NCBI GenBank assembly: GCA_038213805.1
Contig: JBBQSO010000108.1
Location: forward strand, 1-16,035
Source: Planctomycetota bacterium
GTDB lineage: Bacteria > Planctomycetota > UBA11346
DNA: 16,035 nt
Direction: 5' to 3'
The notes under the pieces were generated by a model. That model had not been told where the DNA came from. It ran no database searches and worked only from the letters and a program-made list of their open reading frames with translations. A program made the translations under genes and the position numbers. This document shows positions 15,940 through 16,035 of this stretch, one piece after another. Numbering within the stretch: position 1 is the first letter of the stretch; each line of letters starts with the position of its first letter.

Positions 15940-15972
15940 AATCCTCAGCAGTCGCAGTGCAGTCAGAAATAG

Positions 15973-16035
15973 CTACGGGACTGTGCCGCCCACTGCTTTC
16001 CAGGCAGAAACTGCATTGCGGAAGCCCTTCGAATC
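15973..16035 (-). CDS. Possible C-terminal end of a gene entering from outside the window
   Basis: Open frame DSKGFRNAVSAWKAVGGTVP* only; too short to identify. Confidence 0.3.
   Translation of the reverse strand, partial: DSKGFRNAVSAWKAVGGTVP

Larger units (their letters stand above)
10068..16035 (-). mobile_element. Integrative element (genomic island/ICE-like) at tRNA-Gly 3' end, extending beyond window
   Basis: Integrase and excisionase next to the tRNA 3' end, mobile-element gene content, visibly lower GC3 than host genes, and no heptamer arrays. Confidence 0.88.

Noticed and set aside
10068..16035. Calling the element a prophage or a conjugative ICE
   Set aside because: No structural, packaging, relaxase or T4SS genes in the window, so the class cannot be decided.

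Overview
High-GC bacterial chromosome segment; a Planctomycetota-like host is my inference from gene style, not proven. (1) Bases 1-141 are the left end of an IS5-family element that the ORF track misses: the transposase N-terminus on the minus strand, a terminal repeat and a CTAG target. (2) About 200-10070 is host backbone: a coupled operon of two secreted PDZ proteins plus DUF309, a 3D-domain protein, two small coupled ORFs, a BtaA/DUF3419 enzyme, a ferrochelatase with an unusual Cys-rich insert, dprA, thiD, marC and tRNA-Gly(GCC). Several intergenic gaps carry heptamer tandem repeats. (3) From the tRNA 3' end onward lies an integrative element with all genes on the minus strand: tyrosine integrase, excisionase, small membrane protein, DUF932, a partial beta-clamp homologue, an RHH protein and a RecE-like PD-(D/E)XK nuclease. 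An unannotated, start-less ORF is coupled to the nuclease and is cut off at a 12-bp perfect inverted repeat, suggesting a nested insertion.
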